Assembly: GCA_032718475.1 (NCBI GenBank)
Contig: JAUCBJ010001974.1
Coordinates: 1 to 40,131, forward strand
Direction: 5' to 3'
Source of the DNA: Nemertoderma westbladi
Lineage: Eukaryota; Animalia; Xenacoelomorpha
DNA length: 40,131 nt
The position numbers and the translations under genes were made by a program. The notes below the pieces were generated by a model, which was not told where the DNA came from, searched no databases, and saw nothing but the letters and a program-made list of their open reading frames with translations. Below are positions 12,034 to 22,264 of the stretch, one piece after another (positions within the stretch are counted from its first letter, which is position 1; each line of letters opens with the position of its first letter).

Positions 12034-12233
12034 TGTGGCAACCCGCATACATAACACATGTAATATACAGTCCCGAAACATTGTTATTACGGTTGCCTAG
12101 CAACCCTAGAGATTGAGTCTAGGCCCACCTACATAATGGTACAACAGGACTGCAGTATGCCATCAGCGATCGCTCGAACTTGAATCCGAGTTTTTCATAC
12201 GGTTTTATTTCGTGGCTAGACGCCATCTCCACA
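12034..12233 (+). repeat. Gypsy 3' LTR
   Basis: Direct repeat of 7900-8099. Confidence 0.97.
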
Positions 12234-12237
12234 ATGT

Positions 12238-12715
12238 GCAGATTCCAAAATGGTTAGTTAGTATGCGTTCTAACACGGTAGTACGACTTATTCTTTAGGA
12301 GGGGGTTGACCTTACAACTCAAGATGCCCCAACTTACTAACTGGCACTTTATCGGACAGACTCTACACACGCAGCAATCTCTTCAGACCTAATAACAGCT
12401 AGACAACAATCCAGCCTACAAAATATCTGAGTAATAACTATTACGGTACCTGAACAGACCACACAAACAAACACAGGCTAAAACGCTGGCAGACTACTAT
12501 CAAGCCTAAATAAACTACAGTATATGCAGATTCCAAAATGGTTAGTTAGTATGCGTTCTAACACGGTAGTACGACTTATTCTTTAGGAGGGGGTTGACCT
12601 TACAACTCAAGATGCCCCAACTTACTAACTGGCACTTTATCGGACAGACTCTACATGCACTGCAATCCGTTCAGACCCAACAACAGTCAGAACAACAGTT
12701 CAGCCTACAAATTAT
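12238..12715. repeat. 288-bp tandem duplication in the family A leader; unit 1 = 7855-7899 + 12238-12480 (split by Gypsy), unit 2 starts at 12481
   Basis: AAACGCTGGCAGACTACTATCAAGCC at 7855 and 12481; GCAGATTCCAAAATGG at 12238 and ~12526. Confidence 0.92.
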
Positions 12716-13118
12716 CTGTACAATCTGAGCAGGGTTACACGCCTTCTGCTCAATATTAGCCTACTAGTAAATAAAACTGACAGAAATAGACCTAAGTAAA
12801 ATCCCAATAAAAACCAGGCGTCCCCGATTTAATATCGAGACCTACCGGTATATAATTATCAAAATCGTATAATACTGCTGTACCTGTACTGCTGTAAGTA
12901 CCGGTCCGGATGATCAGGCAGTCAGGCCTACAGATTACCGGTCGACCGGTACTTTAGTCTTGATCGCTTACGCCGCAATCAAGATCCTACAAACTGTTAT
13001 TGTTCTTACCAGAACAATATTAAACTTTATTTATTGCCTACACTGCAATCAAGAATTTTACAAACTGTTATTGTTCGCGCTTTTAAGACCTTTGGCAGTT
13101 TAACCCGCCAAATCTATA

Positions 13119-14238
13119 TGTCTTCTAGGTTATAAATCTACTCCAGCCTATGACAAGTATTGAACACCTATAATAATTCTAACATTAGCCAAAGCCAGTC
13201 TGTGCGCGACCATTCACCCGCTGGATATACCCGGGAGACTGGATTTGGATGCTTTAATTTGATTGCGGTGCAGGCCTACCGTACTATTCGATTGATCGTT
13301 AATATATAATCTCTGACGAATATTATTCACTTTCGGGAAATATTAGCAGTTCCTTTAGGACGTGGCGCTCTATCTATTTAAACAGAGCTATGACTTACAC
13401 TATACACAACAGTATGTCTTATAGATCACCAAAGTGCATTCTTTAGGAAATGCTTTGTTACTCGGTCAATCACACACAGACTATTGCACACAATTGCACA
13501 CTGAATTGCCGATATTCACTGATTTTAATCATATATAAAGAGAATAACAACCGACATTTGTAGGGCCTATTAAGTAGCATTGAACTCATTACAAACCACG
13601 ATAATGTATGTCGCAAATTGTTATATGTAACCGGTCTCTCTAACCTTAGTGTATCAAGAAGATTGGGGTTTCGGATCGTTATCAATATTCTTCCCAATAA
13701 TAATATGTAAACGAACGATACAATTAACAACACAGTAAATAGCAGTAAATAATGCAAGTGTACTTAACCAAGATAACAGTTTGATGAACTTATAATTAAA
13801 GACGCTCTAATGTTAGAAAACATTCCACGGCCGGTGTTCTTAGGCGTGGGGGAAACGTCAGCACTGAATCATGGGATTCTGCTGTACAGCTTTTACACAA
13901 AGGGAAAATCTCTGATTGGTCGAACTGACGTGGACACAGCTGATAGATGTCGTCATTTGAGCTGAGCAGAACAAAGAACCAAGGCTCCGTGCAGAGGCTC
14001 CACGTGTACAGCTCAGCTATTAGCTGTCGTCTTAGTAACTACACTGTTCCAAGAGTATTTCGGCTTTTGCGTCATGGAATTGCGGATTATGTCCGCTAAA
14101 GTACACATACAGAAGAAATTACTTTTATGTCCTCTAAAACACCAGTACAGTAAGGACACGGCCCTTTTATGCCTGGTAAACCAACTACAGAGTACTTCAC
14201 GGGGAAAATAACTGGCTAATTACGCAAAAGCCTTTACA
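13119..14238 (-). repeat. Putative 5' LTR of family A, copy 2
   Basis: Starts TGTAAAGGC on minus; contains a CCAAT-type box; tentative end ...GACA, 8 nt, TGGCGGG, mirrored in copy 3. Inner boundary tentative. Confidence 0.55.
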
Positions 14239-14477
14239 AAGTATATCTATAGTATGAAACGGGCTTATCACCAAACTCTGACTAAAGGGTCTACAGTATG
14301 TAACTTTTATATTTGTAATGTTTTTTTTTTGTATACGTATCATTGACTCGTTTATTATCCCTGTATATTATTTCTTTTCAATAATTGTAAAAAAATACTA
14401 TAGTATTGTTTTGTAAATTGTTAATTTACGTTAATTGTTCATTTCGTTTTTAAATAACATCATGGTGGTTTTTTATC

Positions 14478-15803
14478 TTAAACATCACTTTCTGTAATTG
14501 GGCCTACTGTACTTTGTTTCAGAACTTCATAGGCAAGATCATTTTGGTTTGACTCAGTTAAAGCACGAGCGAACACACGGAAATCTTCAAATGATTTCTT
14601 CTTCATCATTTCAATTAGCTTAATATTTTTGTCTCGTCGTGTTCTGCATCTTCTGACCCTGTCGCATTCCAGCAAATCCAATACACCTCTTTGCTCGAGA
14701 ATAATAAGTAACACGCGGACTTCCATATACTCTGCCAACAAGGTTGTTAGGTTTGTTATAATTTCAACATGGGTTCTATTCTCATGAGCTGGAACCACCA
14801 GATCACTAACCAACCTCCCTGACTCCCCTTCAAGTTCTTTAGACTCCCTGTTTTCACCAGCTGTTGCACGATAGCGTGACTTTCTCGGTAGAGGCACTGG
14901 TGGGAGGACCGATGGACTAATAGTAAACTCCGCTGACCACGTTCCTTCTCCACTATTATTCCTGAGACGATCCACCCCCAATTCCTCAAATTCCCTGTTT
15001 TTACTTGCACCTGCAACATTTTTCGACATCCTCGGTGCTGCCACCGGTGGGCGCCCCGTTTGACTACTAATAAACCCCCATGACCCTGTTCCTTGTCCAC
15101 TATTATTCCTGAGACGATCCACGTCCAATTCCTCAAATCCCCTGTTTTTACTAGCACCTGCAACATTTTTCGATATCCTCGGTGCTGGCACCGGTGGAAG
15201 CACCGGTGCATGCGTCCAACTACTACCATGTGTATGCTGTACCGGCACCGGTGGAGAGGACGGTGGGTGCGCCAAACTACTAATACGTGATAGCCTCGGT
15301 GGAGACGACGGTGGGTTCGCCAAATTACAGTTTCCAGTCTGTTGCAGTTTCCCCAGTGGGTGTTCTCTTCCATTCCAAGTGGGATCATTTACAAGCGTAC
15401 AATTCAATTGAGATTGATCTTTGTCGATTTGGTTGAGTGCATCATAGAACTTATCAACATCGTCATGGTTATGAAATCCAATTACATAGGAGTTAATATT
15501 TTCTATGTTTACCCAATATGGGAAGTGTATGGGTAATGGAAATGGGTATGGGTAAACACCAGCGCGTATTGTAGTCTTTTGCTGTGGACCGCATTGTACA
15601 ATTTTTCCTTCGTTGGACGTATATATTTTGTTATTGAACGTATATAGTTTGCTCCAACACAGGGACATTGTTCTTTCATCAAAGGAAATCGCAAATTTTG
15701 AATTTTGGTAATCGCGTCTAATTTCGATAGCAACCTTGCCCATTTCATTAAGAGCAACAATTCCTTTCACTCTATCCGAAAGGGTACATGAATGGGAGGC
15801 CAT
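14478..15803 (-). CDS. Intronless protein: EVH1/PH-like N-terminus (tentative), proline-rich 49-aa repeats, C-terminal CARD/death-fold domain
   Basis: Intact ORF from ATG 15803. C-terminus LAEYMEVRVLLIILEQRGVL...TRRDKNIKLIEMMKKKSFEDFRVFARALTESNQNDLAYEV fits the CARD pattern. IGFHNHDDVDKFYDAL resembles the terminal strand-helix of EVH1. PPVPAPR repeats are 147 bp apart. Confidence 0.72.
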   Translation of the reverse strand: MASHSCTLSDRVKGIVALNEMGKVAIEIRRDYQNSKFAISFDERTMSLCWSKLYTFNNKIYTSNEGKIVQCGPQQKTTIRAGVYPYPFPLPIHFPYWVNIENINSYVIGFHNHDDVDKFYDALNQIDKDQSQLNCTLVNDPTWNGREHPLGKLQQTGNCNLANPPSSPPRLSRISSLAHPPSSPPVPVQHTHGSSWTHAPVLPPVPAPRISKNVAGASKNRGFEELDVDRLRNNSGQGTGSWGFISSQTGRPPVAAPRMSKNVAGASKNREFEELGVDRLRNNSGEGTWSAEFTISPSVLPPVPLPRKSRYRATAGENRESKELEGESGRLVSDLVVPAHENRTHVEIITNLTTLLAEYMEVRVLLIILEQRGVLDLLECDRVRRCRTRRDKNIKLIEMMKKKSFEDFRVFARALTESNQNDLAYEVLKQSTVGPITESDV

Positions 15804-15828
15804 AGCGTTGATATACACCAAAGTTAAT

Positions 15829-15996
15829 CACAAGAACTCAAATATTCACTTCAGTAACTACATGTACCTCCATTTAAAACGTTGCTTATGTTTAATTAAA
15901 TCATATGCAAGAACACAAGAACTCAAATATTCACTTCAGTAACTACATGTACCTCCATTTAAAACGTTGCTTATGTTTAATTAAATCATATGCAAG
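15829..15996. repeat. 85-bp direct tandem duplication upstream of the CARD ORF
   Basis: CAAGAACTCAAATATTCACTTCAG...TCATATGCAAG at 15831 and 15916. Confidence 0.95.
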
Positions 15997-16747
15997 GTAC
16001 TGTACAATGTTTCGAATATTTTTAAATATAATTATCAAAATTTAAGATAAAAACTAACATCAATCAATTACAAAAAATTCTAGAACAATGGAATATGTGT
16101 TACAATGTTACTCACTGTAGTTGGTGTAATTATCAGATCCACTTTATTAGATTGTGCAGACCCAGACTACAAAAATACGTTTACAACATCCATGGTGGTC
16201 CAGCCCAGACTCAAAATTATGACGAAAAGTCATACGTGTTAAGTTAACTTTATAAGTAACAACAATGTAAGTTGAATTAAATGTAGTTATTACTGATTTT
16301 ATAAATGGTAAAATATCTGACATGCTGCCACACATGACCACCATACAGGCTGAGTGGTTTCTACTGTCCTTGCGCTTGTTTTGTTTTGTTATTGGTTATA
16401 ATATCTAGGTTACATGTGGTATAGGGCATAAGTAGGCATACAGTACTCCCTGTATTGTATAGGGCGTACATAGAGTATAACATACAGACTAACATGTGTT
16501 TATGGTATTTACAAATGATGCACTACTCATGATGCGTCTAGGCGGCCATCTTCCCTATGCTTGGTTGTGCCAAAAGTGGACGTGCAGAAATACACATGTT
16601 TAGGAGTTTGCAGTATATTTACAGTTTACAAGACTTATCAAACAGATTTACCAAAATAGTTTCAACAAGAAACAAGTAACTAAACGAAGTTGCAAGTCAA
16701 GTGACAATAAGTGAATGTGTAAGTGATAACCGAAGGCAAACCAGCCC

Positions 16748-16885
16748 TTTATATACTAAATCTAGGACATAGAATCCCCTAGAACCTTCCAGAGTATTCC
16801 ATGGCCTCACATTGGAGCAATAAGATGTTCTATGCCCTATGATTGGCCCAACTCATCGTTCCATGTGTTGTACGCACCTCATTGG
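16748..16885 (-). promoter_or_regulatory. Pol II promoter-like cluster (three CCAAT + TATA)
   Basis: Minus-strand CCAAT at 16885, 16846 and 16815; TATATAAA at 16755-16748. Confidence 0.45.
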
Positions 16886-16933
16886 TTTATCAATTTGTAC
16901 CAAATGAAAATAAATTGCCCCAAAATGCAAATT

Positions 16934-17004
16934 TCCCGACCGGGATTCGAACTCGTAACCTATCTGTAATGCAACCAACGCCTTAACCATCTGACCACTA
17001 TGCC
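16934..17004 (-). pseudogene. tRNA-derived sequence (SINE head or tRNA-like module of a repeat)
   Basis: A box TGGTCAGATGG and B box GAGTTCGAATCC at tRNA spacing; acceptor and anticodon stems do not pair cleanly. Confidence 0.7.
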
Positions 17005-17667
17005 TTGAGATTAACTACGGGTTTTATGTGTACTAATATGAATAGGCATATTACATTACTGTAACTTAATCCAAATGCGTCGGATTTTAGAAAGTTTTTA
17101 CGTTAAACTACAAATGCTATCTTATAGTGAAATAATCCATCACCGCTCCATGAAAACAGTAAGTAAGACTGTTTTCACCAATCGAAATATAAACTATTTA
17201 CAAAATACTTCTAAATCTACTGGTGGGGCCTAAAATATATAATAATCACTACCTAATTATTGCATACTTAATATTGCAGGTACGGCGTAAATACAATCCA
17301 TCATACATACAAAATACAAATTTACCAATTAACTTTAGTGCATAAAATACAAAAAAAGGCTTTCGGTTATCAATATAAGCAAATTAAACAAATCAGAACA
17401 AAACAAATCAGAACAAATCAAACAAATAATTTTAAATCTTTCAATAAGCTTTATATATTGCAAATATACATAATAAACTTCACCAAATTAAATCAGTCTT
17501 AAATATAGAATAAACATAATACGCTAATATCTTCCAAGTAAGTCTTAAAGTGTCCTCCTGACGATCTTAAAAGTTCGTCCTGCTGGTCTGGATATCTTCT
17601 CCTGAGCACTAATTGCTAACGGTAGGCTCGCAAGCCTTCCTTCTCTATCTCGCTCCTCCAAAACCAA

Positions 17668-17768
17668 TGTCCAATATAAAATACCCAAATATAATATCCA
17701 AATATAAATATCCAATATAAATATCCAATATAAACATCCAAATAAAATATCCGAATATAATATCCAAT
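17668..17768. repeat. Degenerate ~13-bp minisatellite (ATATCCAATATAA)n between two copies of the 20-bp motif
   Basis: About 7 units read directly. Confidence 0.85.
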
Positions 17769-17804
17769 CGGTAGGCTCGCAAGCCTTCCTTTCTTCTCGC
17801 TCTC

Positions 17805-20800
17805 CTATTCCTTGGCCGAACGGGCTCGTCCACGTCCTCTAGTACGATTGGGTGGTGGTCGAGATCGAACTGAGCTCGGACTTCGGTGTCGAGTTGTCGG
17901 TGGTTCCAAAACGCTAGGAAAGGGGACGACGGGAGTTTCGCACATCCGTCGTGCACTCAGTCCTCTAAATCCTCGTCCGATTCCAATCGTTGGCTTAACG
18001 TCAGATCGAGTCTCCACAACGCTGGGAGGAAGTCGAAAGGGTGGGACTGTTCTGTCCGCTGACACCTCGCTCTCTGATGTCGTTTGGATCCTAATGGGTT
18101 CCGGCAAAGCGTATCCTGTCCCTCCGTGTGGTTCTCTAGCGAGGGAAACCATGCCCCGAGTCATCTGGATTTGCGACTTCGATGTCGTCCTCTCGGCGAC
18201 ATTTACTACTTTCTTTATCTCTTGTCCGGCCTTCTGGGCTCTAAGTATACGAAGTTGCGGATCATCCTGTGGGTGACGCGTCTTTTCGGCTAACGGCGTG
18301 GCCTTGAAACCAGTCTCACGCAAAACGTCGGTCTCGTCTAGAATACACGAGGTTACGCATTTGTGATAAAATGCGCTCCTGTATGCCCAAGCTATCGAAT
18401 GCCAGGCTCCTCGATTCCGCTGTTCGACTCGCAATTTGTCGAATTCCCCGGCGGTAATCTTGTTCGCCACAGTTTGAAAGTTCCAAGTGTTCTTGTTGTT
18501 GGGGTGTACCTGTAGAAAGTAGTCCCGCACAACCTTAAATCCGCTATCCAGTGGCAATATATCCAGCACCTCCAAGAGCTCATCGTATTGAGGCATAGCT
18601 GACACGTATCCTTCGTTATTATGAGAGGGTTTACGGCCCAAAATCCCAAGTGTGCTCTCATAGGGAAACGGCGTCGCTGTGTCAATACATGCTCGTCTGC
18701 TAGATTCTCCCAATGGTCGAATAGCTGGCGAATGATTTTAACTGACATGTGCTCATAGGGGACGTCCCTAAGTTGACATTCGGATGCCCTATGACCTTTA
18801 ATATTACAATACGTGCACTGCGCCACGAAACGCCAGCAAGTGTAGAAAGTGTGCGAACGCTGATCCCCGCACCAGTTACATACTAAGTCCGGTAGAGATA
18901 TGTGTTTCGCTCCCATTTCTTTGCGTGGTGGCCAGTTGCCCCGCATCTGCCACAAATAGTGTTGGCAGGGTACCAAACTCGCTCATAGATAAGATCTCCG
19001 ATGGGGCGAGCGTTACCATCCACGTGATAATTCTCACAATCCGGGTCAGTCAGTATGTTCGTCTCCGTAGGTTGTACACAAACCATGGCATCGCTTTTCT
19101 CCAACTCGCGTATCTCAGTTCACGTCTTCCTTGGAAGGTTCTCCTCTATCTCTATGAGTTGCCGCAACGGTTCGTCTATTATCGCAAACTCGGTCGGATC
19201 CATATCGTCGTGATGGGTAGTAGGCTCATGAGCCTTCCAGGCCTTTGAATTCCGCGTGGCATTCCCCGTTGTAGGGTACTAACATTAACATCGACGGTCT
19301 GTCGACTAGGCTTCCCGCGTGAGTGAGAAAGACCTCCCTGAAAATGCTAAGTTCCGCTCGTGTGAAAACTTCGCAGTGCGCATCGGTGTTGTAAAAGGGT
19401 TGGAGAAATCGTCGGAATACATCAGTATGTGTCCTTCCTCCGTCGTAAAAGGTATGTCCTTCACCGAGACATAACGGATGTCGCTTTAGAGTCCTAGACA
19501 CTACATCGGCGATGAAGCAAACGTTGACCGAAGATTCTATCACCAAATAGTATTGCAAGATTATTCATGGAGGTGAAGTAATCGCCCAGTACACGCAACC
19601 TCGCCACTTTAGCTGTGACTCGAACTTGTTTACGCCGGGGGTATCTCCCTCTCCGTATACGTCCATGTATTTGCTCCTCTTACTCTCCTTATAATCCCAA
19701 CTGAATATTAGGTATGAGATATAACCCGTCCCAGTTTTTAGAGTGTTATACTCCCTAAAATATCCTTGCTCAATAGCCCAAAGCAACAATGGTCTAGTAT
19801 CCACGTATGGCGTAGGCAATCGATCATCTTCCATGGGCATTCCTGTGAAATCGCTAATAAGGTCATCCCGTACACCGGATCCGATCTTGACGATGCTCTT
19901 GTCAAGCACAACATCTCGTACAGCCTTTGGCAACATCCTAGCTTCTATGCTACAAGCCAGGTCCATGGATTTAACTATCCATTTTATCATCGCGTGTCTT
20001 TGCGTCGTTCCTTCCGGCATAGGCATCTTTCTATTGCTCCTCTGTCGGCTGAAGACATGTAACACGCCATCTGGTGCTCGAATCTGTATGGTCTTCGAAG
20101 TGAGGCTTTGCTGATGGCTTCCTCCTTCATTATCGTAAAACATATAACCCTAAATAAAGACTACTAAATATAAAATATATTCTCCTTCAGAGATCGGCTA
20201 GTCACGTCCCAATCGTCGAGTAAATCGTTGGTAGGGTTCCAAATTCTCCCTATGGACTTTTCATCATCGAAACTAATAGGTTTACTGGTCCAATTGGTCG
20301 CAATATCAGTGTCGGTCTCAAACGTTCCGACTCCAATCCATAATCGAATCGTTTTCGTCAGATATCCTCGCAAGATACAAGGTGCGATATCTGTCCCCGC
20401 ACGATCCACTTCCTTAAATTCCGTAATATGTGGAGGCACATTGCGTACGATTTTCTGAACTATTGTTCTACACAATTCGGCTGACTCTAACACATCACCA
20501 AAGGTAACCGATGGGAGGAAATCCAGGTTCGAAATGATCTCCGGGTGTTCAACTATAGGAATCTCATAAGTTGTCTCCTCTCGGGTCGGTATACTAATAG
20601 GAAAGCTGGTTGGTCTCACGACCGGTACTATCGCTTTAGTAGGATGGGGCTGAGATTCTCGCGTCATCTCGACATGAGGTATCTGTAGTCTCTGCGACAA
20701 ACGCTGAGCAAAGGTGATACTATCGAAGAGCTCGGGTGTCATCTCCTTAGGTTCAGTTTGATCATGGGATATCCAATAAAATGGTAGGCTCGTGAGCCTT

Positions 20801-21603
20801 CCGCCGAACTCCTCGATCTCGCCTTTCTCGCACGCCTTGTACGCCCTGTAGAGGCTCAAAGCTTCCCGTTTCTCTTGCGTCGACTTATTAGACTCGTCCA
20901 CTATCATGCTGTAGACGTCTGGTTCGACTAATTTGGGTTCGTAAATAACGATCTCACCCGCGTTCGGTCCACTCATCTTAAACGAATGGTACGGATTCGT
21001 CAAAGGGTATCCGCCTTCTTGGTAACATAGACTTTGGTGGTATGAGCATCGCGCTAATATCGGCTCGGGGTTCTCCGAGTTCAATCGCATAGGAATCGCG
21101 TTGTCTTGCTCGCGCATACATGCTCCACATTTGTAAAATAGTTTGTATATGGAGAACGCGTCCTTTGTCTCTGGATCCGCTCCTCGAGCGCGTCTATAAA
21201 GATGCATTCCATCGAATTCGTCCCTAGCTGCAGGCAAGGGTTCGTTTACCGTCAAATATTGCAGCGTATGATATAATCGGCGTATGTCTGTGTCTGGATC
21301 CTCGCAAATGTCACTGGCGTCGCATAACGCATCGTAGGGATACAACGCATTGAACTCCGCGTGTAATTCCTCCGCTCTTTTGTTATAAGCATCCAATTGC
21401 TGTCGCGTAACATTCGGGTCCGCCTTGTCTTTAGCGAGCTTGGCTGTACTCCTAGCCATACTCTCCACTCCAAACACACTAAAGTTTTTAGCTCCATAAC
21501 GATTAAACGGCGCCTGGTGCTCCTGTTCCTGCGTAAACCCCTGACGTAACTCCTTATAAATCTTCTCCGCCATTATATACGCGTATATATGGTTACATAT
21601 CAT
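17805..21603 (-). pseudogene. Accessory gene (~1250 codons): unknown N-terminus, DEDDy/WRN-like 3'-5' exonuclease, 3 CCHC knuckles, basic/Pro-rich tail; disrupted
   Basis: Abutting minus-strand ORFs join via a 56-nt GT-AG intron (20205-20150), in-frame TGAs (19567-19565, ~19120) and single-base frameshifts (~19245, ~18914, ~18630). Motifs: YMFYDNEG, TIQIRAPDGVLHVF, LPKAVRDVVLDKSIVKIGSGVRDD, YVD; CGRCGATGHHAKK(C), CNWCGDQRSHTFYTC, CTYCNIKGHRASEC. Confidence 0.7.
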
Positions 21604-22264
21604 TACATTTCTACTAGATGAAGCACAAAATAGAGGTTAGATGTGAGGTGACTTAGAGTTTGTCGGCTTTTGGCTCAACTTTGCTCTAAAACCCCAACCC
21701 ATTTGCCTAATGACTTCGGGTTCGCGTGATTTCGCACTGGCTCCTAATCCAAAAAATTGTGCTGATAAAAAACGAATTCCGGGTAAACTAGCCACAAGTC
21801 TAAAATACTCACCTTTTAATTTCCCAAACTACATTCCCAAAGAAATAATGCAGTCGAGAATTAATTCGGTCTAAATAATAGTAGACACGACTACGTAGAA
21901 CAAGGCCGGTTTTCTTTTCCAAAAAAAATTTATCGGTAGGCTCGCAAGCCTTCCATCCGCTCTTGTCCTCCCCAATTTTAATTTTTATCTAGCTGTATTC
22001 TAGAATTCGCATTCACTGGAGAATCATTTTTCTTAAATTTAAATCCAACTAAATGGATTTGTCTAATAATTTTTGAAAAATTGTCTCACTTGTGGGTTCC
22101 AAGTGGAATTCCATTCCTACTGTACACACAATCCCGCTCCTATGTGATACATAAGGGTACTACCCTCCATGTTCACATATAAAGACAATGGAATTCCACC
22201 GCTGTCTCTATCTACTGTGAAGAGGATTACAAATGCACATACAGTAATACAAAATACCAAATTA

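Larger units (their letters stand above)
7900..12233 (+). mobile_element. Full-length Ty3/Gypsy LTR retrotransposon, recent insertion
   Basis: 200-bp LTRs TGTGG...CCACA, ATGT duplication (7896-7899 and 12234-12237), PBS, PPT, gag, pol in PR-RT-RH-IN order. GC-rich relative to flanks. Confidence 0.98.
2467..14238 (-). mobile_element. BEL/Pao family A element, internally deleted and non-autonomous, carrying a nested Gypsy
   Basis: LTR-like block ending at 14238, long leader, gag (6470-4206), knuckle/protease ORF (4170-2485), PPT-like GGAGTGGGCG at 2476-2467. No matching 3' LTR seen. Confidence 0.75.

Noticed and set aside
8340-12103. Many overlapping and antisense ORFs in the Gypsy body
   Set aside because: Shadow ORFs from high GC content, with no recognisable motifs.
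55-14238. 55-946 and 13342-14238 as the LTR pair of one element
   Set aside because: They are visibly too diverged, there is no PPT next to 946, and copy 1 abuts the middle of a MITE repeat, so it is better read as a separate insertion.
16934-17004. Functional tRNA gene
   Set aside because: Only A and B boxes are convincing; the cloverleaf stems do not pair.
20150-20184. 35-nt non-canonical GA-AG intron
   Set aside because: A canonical GT donor 21 nt upstream gives the same frame.
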